From contig JAJVTK010000019.1 in assembly GCA_021622245.1 (NCBI GenBank), forward strand, positions 2,983 through 66,982: 64,000 nt of DNA. Direction: 5' to 3'. Shown in pieces: positions 1 through 8,027 of this stretch. The stretch comes from Segatella copri. Its GTDB lineage: Bacteria; Bacteroidota; Bacteroidia; Bacteroidales; Bacteroidaceae. Within the stretch, counting starts at the first letter, position 1; every line of letters starts with the position of its first letter. A program made the translations under genes and the position numbers. The notes under the pieces are model-generated. The model searched no databases. It saw only the letters and a program-made list of their open reading frames with translations, and had not been told where the DNA came from.

Positions 1-45
1 TGGCGCATGTAGATTTCGAGTTAACCATGGAGTTTGTTCTTACCT

Positions 46-1206
46 ATGCTGCGTTGTAGTATCCTGACCATCTTCCTGGCATTTAGTCTATTGGCTGGGG
101 CACAGGATTGGAAAGTAGTGAGAGAGAATTCTCAGAAAGCTTTTCCGAAAACCGTGGCTGCGGGCAACTATAGTGGCATTGCTCATCTGCATGATGATAT
201 CTATGCGGTGGTAAGCGACAAGTCGGATAGTGCCCTGTACTTCAACTTCCGGATTCAGGTGAATCCCAAGACCGGCGAACTGGAACAGGTAGAGAACCTT
301 GGGTTTACCGAGAGAACAGATGGAACGCTGAACGACGGAAAGTTTTGGCAGGGGCAGGAGAAAGGCTTTGACCACGAAGCCATCGTGAAGGCTTCTGATT
401 CTACCTTGGTGATAACAAGCGAAGGATATTGCCGTTTAAAGGAGTATCCTGTTCTGCCTACTTCGGCTAATGCTCCCAAGATTAGCTATCAGCAGAACCT
501 TTGGGAGAGCAGATGGCCTTCTTCTGATTTTTATCCAAATTATAATTTTGAGTCTCTGGCTTTTGATTCCGTCCGTCAGTATCTCTGGACGATTTCTGAG
601 AGCACGCTCCGCAAAGACGGACAGCCTGCTACTCCTCAAAACGGATTGGCCAACCAGCTTCGTTTGATGAGGTATGATTGGGGAAAGATAAAGGAAAATC
701 GTAACAAGGAAAATAATGGCAAGGAAGACTGTAGCGAGCAAGAGAGTAGCAAGAAAGCCTCTCGTTACATGACAGCCTATGCCTATCAGATGGATCAACC
801 TTCTACCCATAAGAAAGCAGATATCTATGTGATGGGTGTGAGTGAGCTTTGCGCCTTGCCCGATGGTCAGCTTCTGGTTCTGGAGCGTGAGGCCTTTATC
901 CCAAAGATCAAGATTGGGGCTTTCTGCAAGTGTAAACTCTATCAGATTAATCCTTTGAATTCTGAGGAGTTTGCTTTGAAAGAGAAGTTTTCATCAGATA
1001 CTCCTTTCTTGAAGAAGAGATTGCTCGCGGAATGGAAAACCGGCTTGTCACTTTCCAAGCGTTCCTTTGCCAATTACGAAGGTATGTGTCTGGGACCCAA
1101 GTTGGAAGATGGTTCCCAGGTTGCCATCCTGCTGTCTGATTCGCAGGATCAATATGCGGGAGTATTGAAAGACTGGTTCAAGACGATTGTCATCAGAAAG
1201 GAATAA
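46..1206 (+). CDS. Secreted esterase-like activity of phytase family (beta-propeller) protein
   Basis: Signal peptide (…LLAGA-Q) and the motifs YSGI, VSD, NFESL, LLVLER, NYEGMCLGP, LSD typical of phytase-like propellers. ATG at 46 is preferred over TTG at 34. Confidence 0.7.
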   Translation: MLRCSILTIFLAFSLLAGAQDWKVVRENSQKAFPKTVAAGNYSGIAHLHDDIYAVVSDKSDSALYFNFRIQVNPKTGELEQVENLGFTERTDGTLNDGKFWQGQEKGFDHEAIVKASDSTLVITSEGYCRLKEYPVLPTSANAPKISYQQNLWESRWPSSDFYPNYNFESLAFDSVRQYLWTISESTLRKDGQPATPQNGLANQLRLMRYDWGKIKENRNKENNGKEDCSEQESSKKASRYMTAYAYQMDQPSTHKKADIYVMGVSELCALPDGQLLVLEREAFIPKIKIGAFCKCKLYQINPLNSEEFALKEKFSSDTPFLKKRLLAEWKTGLSLSKRSFANYEGMCLGPKLEDGSQVAILLSDSQDQYAGVLKDWFKTIVIRKE

Positions 1207-1211
1207 AGTTG

Positions 1212-1949
1212 TTATGTTGTAATCTTCAATCTCGTCCATAACCATCTAGGAATGAGTCGCCAGAGGAAGACGAGGATATCATATCTCCAGTCTATTACCT
1301 TAACTTCCTCTCCGTTTTCGATAGCATTCACGATATGTTTCGCCACATCTTCCGATTTGAGTTGCAGCGGATAGCTGCTGCCTGCGATGAGGTCGGTCTT
1401 TACGAAACCTGGTCGGATATCTGTAATGGCGATAGGGAGATGACGCATCCGTGCCTGCTGCGACAGGCATTCCAGATAATGGTTCTGGAATCGCTTGGTG
1501 GCAGAGTAGGCTGGGGCGGCACCGAGACCTTTGGTTCCGGCGATGGAAGTGATGCAGGCAATGCGGGCTTTGGGGTTGCAATGATGATGAGTAGCAAACC
1601 AGTTGAATGCCGTATCCACCATTCTTGTGAATCCCAAGCCGTTTGTTTCCAGGGTCTTCAACTCCTTTTCTATATCCAGCGTATTATTCTGCCAGCCAAT
1701 GCCGGAACTATGGAAGTAGAGGTCCATGCCTCCCAACTTATCGATGAGTTCGAGAAGTTGGGCAGGAGCATTGGGAGAAGTCACGTCTATTTGCCGGTAG
1801 CAGGTAATGCCGCCCTGCGAAATCAGAGCCTGCAATCTTTCAATTCTTCTTCCGGCAATTCCTACCTGCCATCCTTTTGCAGCAAGCAGTTTTGCCACTT
1901 CCATTCCGATGCCCGAAGTGGCACCCATTACAATTGCTTTCTTTGCCAT
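1212..1949 (-). CDS. Short-chain dehydrogenase/reductase (SDR)
   Basis: GATSGIG Rossmann motif, catalytic YSATK (YxxxK), PGFVKT. Confidence 0.92.
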   Translation of the reverse strand: MAKKAIVMGATSGIGMEVAKLLAAKGWQVGIAGRRIERLQALISQGGITCYRQIDVTSPNAPAQLLELIDKLGGMDLYFHSSGIGWQNNTLDIEKELKTLETNGLGFTRMVDTAFNWFATHHHCNPKARIACITSIAGTKGLGAAPAYSATKRFQNHYLECLSQQARMRHLPIAITDIRPGFVKTDLIAGSSYPLQLKSEDVAKHIVNAIENGEEVKVIDWRYDILVFLWRLIPRWLWTRLKITT

Positions 1950-1958
1950 ATAATCCTA

Positions 1959-2008
1959 TTATATAAGGTGAAATCTTGATAGTTCTATTTATATAAGGTG
2001 AAGTCTTG
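1959..2008. repeat. Direct repeat, two copies 30 bp apart (TTATATAAGGTGAArTCTTG)
   Basis: Copies start at 1959 and 1989 in the murQ-SDR intergenic gap. Confidence 0.7.
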
Positions 2009-2019
2009 TCTAACTCTAT

Positions 2020-2865
2020 CTAAATATCTAAATCGCTTTTACTCTTCAGCAAGTCTTCCGCCTTCTTCACGCTTCCTGCTTTCAGAATCAGCTGTTTCAC
2101 TTCTTCGTAGTCCGTGTATTCTGGATTGCGTTCCATGAAGATGCGGCAGGCACGGTCGATGAGTTTATGATTGATAAGCTTGGCGTTCACCATCTTGTTG
2201 CCTTCCACCCGTCCTTGGCGAATCTGGAGAGAAGTGCTGATCATATCCAGAATCATCTTCTGCGAAGAACCGGCTTTCATGCGGGTACTTCCCGTTACGA
2301 ATTCTGGTCCCGTGATGACTTCTACAGGATAATCTGCAGCCTGGGCGATAGGAGCGTGGGGATTGTTGACGATGCAACCCGTAGGAATACCTGCCTCCTT
2401 GCAATGCTGCAAGATGGAAAGCACGAAGGGGGTTGTGCCGCTTGCCGAGAAACCGAGTACGAAATCCTGCTCTGAGATATGCTTGTCGCAGAGCTGGTGC
2501 CAACCATTCTCCAGGTCGTCTTCTCTGGATTCCCTGGTTTGCGTAAGGCAGCCGATGCCTCCGGGGAAGATGGCTTGTATCTGCGAACCGTCGATACCAT
2601 AGGTGTTCTGCACTTCGATGGTATCGAGCGTAGCCAGTCTTCCGCCCGTTCCGCAACCGGCATAGAAGAGTCTTCCGCCCTTCTTCAGCTGCCCTTCGAT
2701 GGCGGAAATCTGTTGGTTGATGGCAGGCAATGCTTCTTCTATTGCCAGAGCCACCTTCTTGTTTTCTGCATTGATATGAGCGGTGAGTTCATCTACGCTC
2801 ATCTTTTCCAGATGTTCGTAGAGCGAGCTCTGCTCAGTTATTCTCTTTTCTTCTTTATTTGGCAT
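2020..2865 (-). CDS. murQ: N-acetylmuramic acid 6-phosphate etherase (SIS fold), divergent
   Basis: GGRLFYAGCGTGGRL, SASGTTPFV, GPEFVTGSTRMKAG, GNKMVN, N.KL..RA motifs. Confidence 0.85.
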   Translation of the reverse strand: MPNKEEKRITEQSSLYEHLEKMSVDELTAHINAENKKVALAIEEALPAINQQISAIEGQLKKGGRLFYAGCGTGGRLATLDTIEVQNTYGIDGSQIQAIFPGGIGCLTQTRESREDDLENGWHQLCDKHISEQDFVLGFSASGTTPFVLSILQHCKEAGIPTGCIVNNPHAPIAQAADYPVEVITGPEFVTGSTRMKAGSSQKMILDMISTSLQIRQGRVEGNKMVNAKLINHKLIDRACRIFMERNPEYTDYEEVKQLILKAGSVKKAEDLLKSKSDLDI

Positions 2866-2982
2866 ATTACTTTATCTTTAGGGTGTAGATTTAATGTAAT
2901 GAAGCCTAGATGGTCGCGGAGGCTATGGCTTGCAGTCATCTAGAGAGTTCTATCATGATGAGACCTATCATCCGATGGGCTC

Positions 2983-3588
2983 CTATTCTTCTGCCAGGAA
3001 ATAAACCGGCGCATTCCGGGAACCTTCTTTTATCAGAAATCCGGATTTTTCCAGTTTCTTCAGCCAGTTGAGTGCTGTCTGTTTACGGATATGAAATTCC
3101 GCTTCCAGTACTTTTCTGTTAATGGAACGGTTATGCTTCAGATACTCTCTTATTTTCTCCTTCAATGCATCTTCAGAGAAAGGGTAGGAGCGGGAAGTAT
3201 ATTGTGATTTCTCGAAATGGGTATTATATTTCACCTGTTTCAGCAGGTCTGCATTGGGGCGAAACTTGATGCCTCTTACGCTTACATATTCAGCTCTCAC
3301 TTTATTGTCGGGTTTCAGTTCATCCATATCCAGATCTACCGAGAGCGAGAGATAACCTATTTCCGGAATGTTGACACGTCTTCCATCCTGCAGGTCTTCT
3401 TCTATGATATCACGCAGTTTCATGAGTACGGACGAAACTTCTCCTTCTCCCAGACAGCTATGTCTGGCGATTCGGCTGATCATCTCCTTGTCTGTCATTG
3501 CTGTTTGCTCAAAGATATGGGCGAATCGGCGAGTCTCTTCATTTCCTCCTGCATTGGGAAGATAATGGATTTCATATTTTATAGCCAT
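2983..3588 (-). CDS. Bacteroidota HU-like (histone-like) DNA-binding protein with C-terminal HTH
   Basis: HU-like core (L.DG.RV.I.EIGYLS…V.GIKFRP) followed by a winged-HTH-like tail (INRK.LE…TALNWLKKLEKSGFLIKEGSRNAPVY). Confidence 0.75.
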   Translation of the reverse strand: MAIKYEIHYLPNAGGNEETRRFAHIFEQTAMTDKEMISRIARHSCLGEGEVSSVLMKLRDIIEEDLQDGRRVNIPEIGYLSLSVDLDMDELKPDNKVRAEYVSVRGIKFRPNADLLKQVKYNTHFEKSQYTSRSYPFSEDALKEKIREYLKHNRSINRKVLEAEFHIRKQTALNWLKKLEKSGFLIKEGSRNAPVYFLAEE

Positions 3589-3759
3589 CGTATTCTTCTT
3601 TCTGTTTAGCGATACAAAGGTAATCTTTTATTCTTAAACTACCAAATAAAAATGGCACTAATATGGATGAGTGGTTTGATTGATACGAATGAGCGGTGCT
3701 ATTGATGTGGGTTAGAACTGCTTATCAATAGGAATAAGCATCGTAAGAAGCCTTTATAA

Positions 3760-3916
3760 GTTGTCGGAAGAAATAGGATAAGTTGTTGGAACAGTAAGTA
3801 TATGTTGCCGGGAAAGTTACTTCCGTAAGTCGCACAACAGCTGTTGTGCGCTTGCATATCAGCTGTTATGCGCTTGCACAACACGTGTTGTGCGAGTGTA
3901 AAACAGTTGTTGTGCA
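3760..3916. repeat. 22-bp-period array, including four tandem ~20-bp palindromes (consensus GCACAACAGCTGTTGTGC)
   Basis: Palindromic units start at 3831, 3853, 3875 and 3897. Degenerate GTTGyyGG units lie at 3760, 3782 and 3804. Confidence 0.85.
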
Positions 3917-4020
3917 GTAAAATTTGTAACTCCCTTCATCATATTGCAATTTTATAACTTTTTACGGTTAATTTTCTGTAATTATATAATGTGGCATTAT
4001 CGTAATTGCAAAAAAAAATG

Positions 4021-4105
4021 TATTTTTGTAGGCAAGAATCGTATAAAAACAAGACCCGATAGCTTGACGAATCAGAGGCTACCGGGAATCAACGCTACAA
4101 AGATA
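4021..4105. promoter_or_regulatory. Convergent Bacteroidota -7 promoter boxes flanking a hairpin in the luxR leader
   Basis: TATTTTTG at 4021-4028 (+), TATCTTTG at 4105-4098 (-), and a hairpin at 4055-4086 followed by a U-rich tract on the minus strand. Confidence 0.55.
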
Positions 4106-4167
4106 GTGCTTTTTCTTGTTATAACCAAGTAAATGAACGAATTTTTATGGAATATTTAGAATAGCTT

Positions 4168-4926
4168 ATGAATAAAGAAAAAGACGATTTCTTCCTCCAT
4201 TCCAACGAGGTGAATCATATCAACAGAGAAGATTACGATAAGATTGAATTATTGGTGAATGCGGCAAAGGCCTTTGCCCGCAGCACCTACCAGTGTGTCT
4301 ATATCATCGACTATTTTCATCAGGACTTCATCTATGCATCAGATAATCTCGCTTATCTCTGCGGATTGGAACCGGAGCAGTTGATGGACGCAGGCTATCA
4401 GATGTATATAGACCATGTTCCGGATGCTGACCTGCAGATGCTGCTCGAAGTGAACAAGAAAGGTTTTGACCTTTTCAACGAATTGCCCGTAGGCGACCGC
4501 CTCGACTATACCATCTCGTACGACTTTCATCTTACCAATGGCAGGCATAGCCGATTGATTCATCATCACCTCACTCCAATACTTCTTTCTGATGATGGAA
4601 GAATCTGGCTTGCCCTCTGCACCGTATCATTGGCAGCAACCGATGAACCGGGACATATCATCATGCAGAAGAATGGTGAGCGTAGCTATTTTGAATATTC
4701 CACATTGCGCCACAAGTGGGAAAAGAAAGAAGGCATAACCTTGAGCGAGACTGAGAGAGAAGTGTTGAGGCTGTCTGCCCAAGGTTACACGATGAATGAT
4801 ATTGCCGACCGACTATGCAAATCGGTTGACACTATAAAGGCTTGCAAGCGCAACCTTTTCGCCAAGATGGGCGTGAAGAACATTGCCGAAGCGCTGTTTC
4901 ATGCCACGAACTATCAGATGATATAA
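4168..4926 (+). CDS. PAS-domain LuxR-family transcriptional regulator (one-component)
   Basis: N-terminal PAS-like region (VYIIDY…FIYASDN) and C-terminal LuxR HTH (LSETEREVLRLSAQGYTMNDIADRLCKSVDTIK…NLFAKMGVKN). No receiver domain. Confidence 0.9.
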   Translation: MNKEKDDFFLHSNEVNHINREDYDKIELLVNAAKAFARSTYQCVYIIDYFHQDFIYASDNLAYLCGLEPEQLMDAGYQMYIDHVPDADLQMLLEVNKKGFDLFNELPVGDRLDYTISYDFHLTNGRHSRLIHHHLTPILLSDDGRIWLALCTVSLAATDEPGHIIMQKNGERSYFEYSTLRHKWEKKEGITLSETEREVLRLSAQGYTMNDIADRLCKSVDTIKACKRNLFAKMGVKNIAEALFHATNYQMI

Positions 4927-4932
4927 TCGCAA

Positions 4933-5526
4933 TCATATCTCTTCCAACAATGGCGAGAGATAGAACTTGGGGAAGTATTTCACCTCCTTGCCTTCCGCAA
5001 GGTTTGCGAGAATGTTGGCACAGTAGCCGGCAGCAATATATGCCCCGATGCCCAGTTGCGGGAAAGACTCCTCAGAATAATGTCTGATGGCTTCATCTAT
5101 CCAAGGCAAGGGCATCTGCCAGAACATACCGTACTGCGAGATATACTTGCCCAGTGAGCAACGGAAATCATCCGTTCCTTTTTTCACTACTTCGCTGAAT
5201 GGATAGCCTTTCGGTTTCTCTACAGCGAGAAAGGCAGCCTTGCCAAGATTGACGGCATGGATAACGGGGATGCCCCGTTCCTTGCATTTTTCATCGAAAG
5301 CAAACGAGGCTTCGTTGTCATGCAAGGTTGCATTCACCGCATATCGGATGCTCGACAAGTCGCATGCATCCACATCTTCCATCGTCAGCGTATCCTTTTC
5401 TATGCGATAGATTTGAAATCTATCTTCCTGCCGAGAGCTTTTATGGAAGTCATGGTGCAAGGCACAGGAAGCTATCAAGCTTCCCATGTCTGCGCCACTA
5501 ATCAACAATTTTATTGGGTTGTTCAT
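4933..5526 (-). CDS. ThiF/E1-like family protein, degenerate (ATP-binding segment missing)
   Basis: N-terminal KLLISGADMGSLIASCAL and C-terminal FDEKCKERGIPVIH…PQL…AGYC…KEVKYFPKFYLS resemble Bacteroidota ThiF proteins. The D.D.V..SNLNRQ segment is absent. Confidence 0.6.
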   Translation of the reverse strand: MNNPIKLLISGADMGSLIASCALHHDFHKSSRQEDRFQIYRIEKDTLTMEDVDACDLSSIRYAVNATLHDNEASFAFDEKCKERGIPVIHAVNLGKAAFLAVEKPKGYPFSEVVKKGTDDFRCSLGKYISQYGMFWQMPLPWIDEAIRHYSEESFPQLGIGAYIAAGYCANILANLAEGKEVKYFPKFYLSPLLEEI

Positions 5527-5576
5527 TTATAGAGAGATTTATTGTCATTACACCATTACCGGATGCTGCAGACAGA

Positions 5577-7904
5577 TTACATTCTGTTCTTCTGGCTTTC
5601 TCCAGCACCCGTACCCTTATATTTGCTTCTTGTAGTGTTGAACTTATACCGTACAGTAAGCGAAACTTTGCTTGTTGACAGTCCATCATACACCATTTCC
5701 TTTATTTTGCCAAAATGAGCAATCATGTGGTTATCGTTTGTCCCGAACAAATCATAGATGAAGAGCTGAAACGACAAATGGTCTTTCAAGAAAGCCTTAT
5801 ATGCGGAAACATTCGTGCAAAACATTGGCTTGTACAGATACAGATTTTCTTCATGACCTTTCGTGATATACGACATCATCAACGTAAACATTCCTGATTT
5901 GGTGTTGAGCGTATTGTCAAAACGGAATGAAGCCATTGGCTTATTGAGCGATTTCCCATCGTGCGTCTCCATATCAAACCATTGCTTGTCAATGGATGCT
6001 GTAAGCGAAGGATGCCAGATGCCAAACGAAGGGCGCAAGTTGATGGATGCCTCTACGTCATTATACGAATTCCCATTCACAGGCTTCATCAAGCCTATTG
6101 CTGGATTATCCTTATAAGTCTCCACTGTTGACATAATTGGATGTGAAGTATGACTGTAGGTCATGTCGAATGTCAACCATTTGTAAGCCAACTCGTAGTT
6201 GAGATTTCTGCTTATCTGAGATACCAGAAATGGATTTCCCGTTTCATACGTGTATCGGTTATCATACTGAATGCCACTGCGCAAATTATGATAGGAAGGA
6301 CGATTAATGTCGGCTGCATAGTTCAGCTGCATCTGTACCTTGCCCACAGGCATCGATAAGCTGAGCGATGGGAACCAATTGCCATACGACTTGCTTTGCC
6401 CAGGCACATACTTGCCATATTCATAGTAATTGAAGTCGATGTACTCGTATCTCATACCTGCCTCCAAACTCAGATTACCGAAATCTCTTGAATAGGTCAA
6501 GAATGAAGATGTCATACTTTCTGTGATACGGCTGTCGTCATCCGATACCAAGTTAGTTGGCACCACTTGATACTTTGAGGTACGATGGGTATTGGAATAT
6601 TCACCACCCAAAGACAAATTACCTCCTAATAATGGGTAAGAAAGCACCAGTTTGGAAGCGAGCAGATGATAGTCCTTGTTAGTCAAGCTATGAGCCGTTT
6701 GGCTTTGTGCATTCATCCCCACTTCCTGGTATTGCTCTTTGGTAACATCGTTCTGGTATTCCTTCGACCATAGCCAATCTGTATTGAAATCGATGCTGAG
6801 TTTACCAATCTTTCCTACATAGTAAATATTGCTTGAAAGATTATTCTTCTGCCAAAAGAAATCAGCATGACTATCAGAACTTTCAGACAAATCTCCGTCT
6901 TGCAATATCAAAGAACTCATATCGCCGTTCCATGTTTGTTTTGGATTTCTTAGAAAACCAAAGTTGGCACCTATAGAGTTGTTGGCATCCAACTGGTAGC
7001 TGGCATCCAAGCGAAAGTTCATGGCTTCGATAATACCTACTTGTCTTATCTCACTTTTCTGGTTCCAAGTCTTGTCAAGATAAGTCTTCTGCTGAAAGTC
7101 TTTATTGTCTGGCTGGTATTGTCTTGCTCCAAAGGCGTATGCGCCTAACTCTAATCCATTCTTGCGATAGTTCATATTCAGCCTGCCATATCCTCCAATG
7201 TTCTTTTTCTCATCGTACGATCCTTCTGTTGTAGCGTCAAATCCAAAGCCCTCGCCTTGTATCTTCTTCGTTGTGATACGGATGACCGCCTTGGTGCTGG
7301 CAGCGTAACGAGCACCAGGGTTAGTGATGACTTCCACCGACTTGATGTTGTCGGAATGCAAACGGTCCAGCTCGCTCTTGTCTCTCATCTGTCGTCCATT
7401 GATATAGATAACAGGTTCGCCACGACCGAATACCTTGATGCTGCCATTCTGGGCAGACACGTTAGGGATGCGGTCGAGCAGGTTCTCCATGGTTCCTGCC
7501 TTCTCAAGTACGGATCCGACAACGGTTGTCGTCATTCCGCCATTCTTCAGGATAGTCTTAGGCAGGGATGACTTCACGACTACTTCGCCGAGCATCTTGC
7601 TGTCTTCTTCCATCTTGATAATGCCCACATTCTCACCAGTGCAATCCTTGCAGATTGTCTTATAGCCTACGGATGTCACCTTGATGATTCCACCGTTGCA
7701 GGAAGAGTCGATGGCAAAGCTGCCATCCTCTCCACTCACTGCGCCCTTGACGAAAGCCGAGTCTGTTCTATTCAATAATACTACATTGGCAAACGCCAAA
7801 GGTTCTCCCTTGGTATTCATCACCTTGCCGGTGATATTCTGCGCCATCATCGGAGTCATAGCCGAGAGGCACAACGCTGTGGTAAAAATTACTTTTTCCT
7901 TCAT
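5577..7904 (-). CDS. TonB-dependent-receptor-like outer-membrane beta-barrel protein (carboxypeptidase-regulatory-like N-domain)
   Basis: Signal peptide from ATG 7904, ITGKV…FANVVL domain, plug-like L..IP.V…VFGRG.P..YINGR…IKSVEVIT.PGARY, GNP.L, and C-terminal KYKGTGAG tail. Confidence 0.85.
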   Translation of the reverse strand: MKEKVIFTTALCLSAMTPMMAQNITGKVMNTKGEPLAFANVVLLNRTDSAFVKGAVSGEDGSFAIDSSCNGGIIKVTSVGYKTICKDCTGENVGIIKMEEDSKMLGEVVVKSSLPKTILKNGGMTTTVVGSVLEKAGTMENLLDRIPNVSAQNGSIKVFGRGEPVIYINGRQMRDKSELDRLHSDNIKSVEVITNPGARYAASTKAVIRITTKKIQGEGFGFDATTEGSYDEKKNIGGYGRLNMNYRKNGLELGAYAFGARQYQPDNKDFQQKTYLDKTWNQKSEIRQVGIIEAMNFRLDASYQLDANNSIGANFGFLRNPKQTWNGDMSSLILQDGDLSESSDSHADFFWQKNNLSSNIYYVGKIGKLSIDFNTDWLWSKEYQNDVTKEQYQEVGMNAQSQTAHSLTNKDYHLLASKLVLSYPLLGGNLSLGGEYSNTHRTSKYQVVPTNLVSDDDSRITESMTSSFLTYSRDFGNLSLEAGMRYEYIDFNYYEYGKYVPGQSKSYGNWFPSLSLSMPVGKVQMQLNYAADINRPSYHNLRSGIQYDNRYTYETGNPFLVSQISRNLNYELAYKWLTFDMTYSHTSHPIMSTVETYKDNPAIGLMKPVNGNSYNDVEASINLRPSFGIWHPSLTASIDKQWFDMETHDGKSLNKPMASFRFDNTLNTKSGMFTLMMSYITKGHEENLYLYKPMFCTNVSAYKAFLKDHLSFQLFIYDLFGTNDNHMIAHFGKIKEMVYDGLSTSKVSLTVRYKFNTTRSKYKGTGAGESQKNRM

Positions 7905-7943
7905 ATTGCTACAGTTTTGCTTGATTTTTTTATTTTTCTGCTG

Positions 7944-8027
7944 CAAAAGTATAGCTTTATAGGAAAAAGCCTTTGACACAAAAGTGTATTTCTCAAGAGT
8001 GCGGCTTAAGAATTACACTTTTGTGTA
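7944..8027 (-). promoter_or_regulatory. Promoter of the barrel gene with two palindromic TACAC-N4-GTGTA boxes
   Basis: -7 box TACTTTTG at 7951-7944. Boxes GACACAAAAGTGTA (7975-7988) and TACACTTTTGTGTA (8014-8027). Confidence 0.65.

Noticed and set aside
691..756. 15-bp degenerate repeat in the first ORF (KENRN/KENNG/KEDCS)
   Set aside because: Ordinary in-frame loop expansion with no further structure.
3831..3916. Palindromic repeats as a CRISPR array
   Set aside because: Units are adjacent with 2-bp gaps, there are no unique spacers, and no cas genes are in the window.
3699..4132. Small ORFs between the HU-like and luxR genes as peptide precursors
   Set aside because: Non-ATG starts, overlap with repeat and promoter DNA, and no leader-peptide features.
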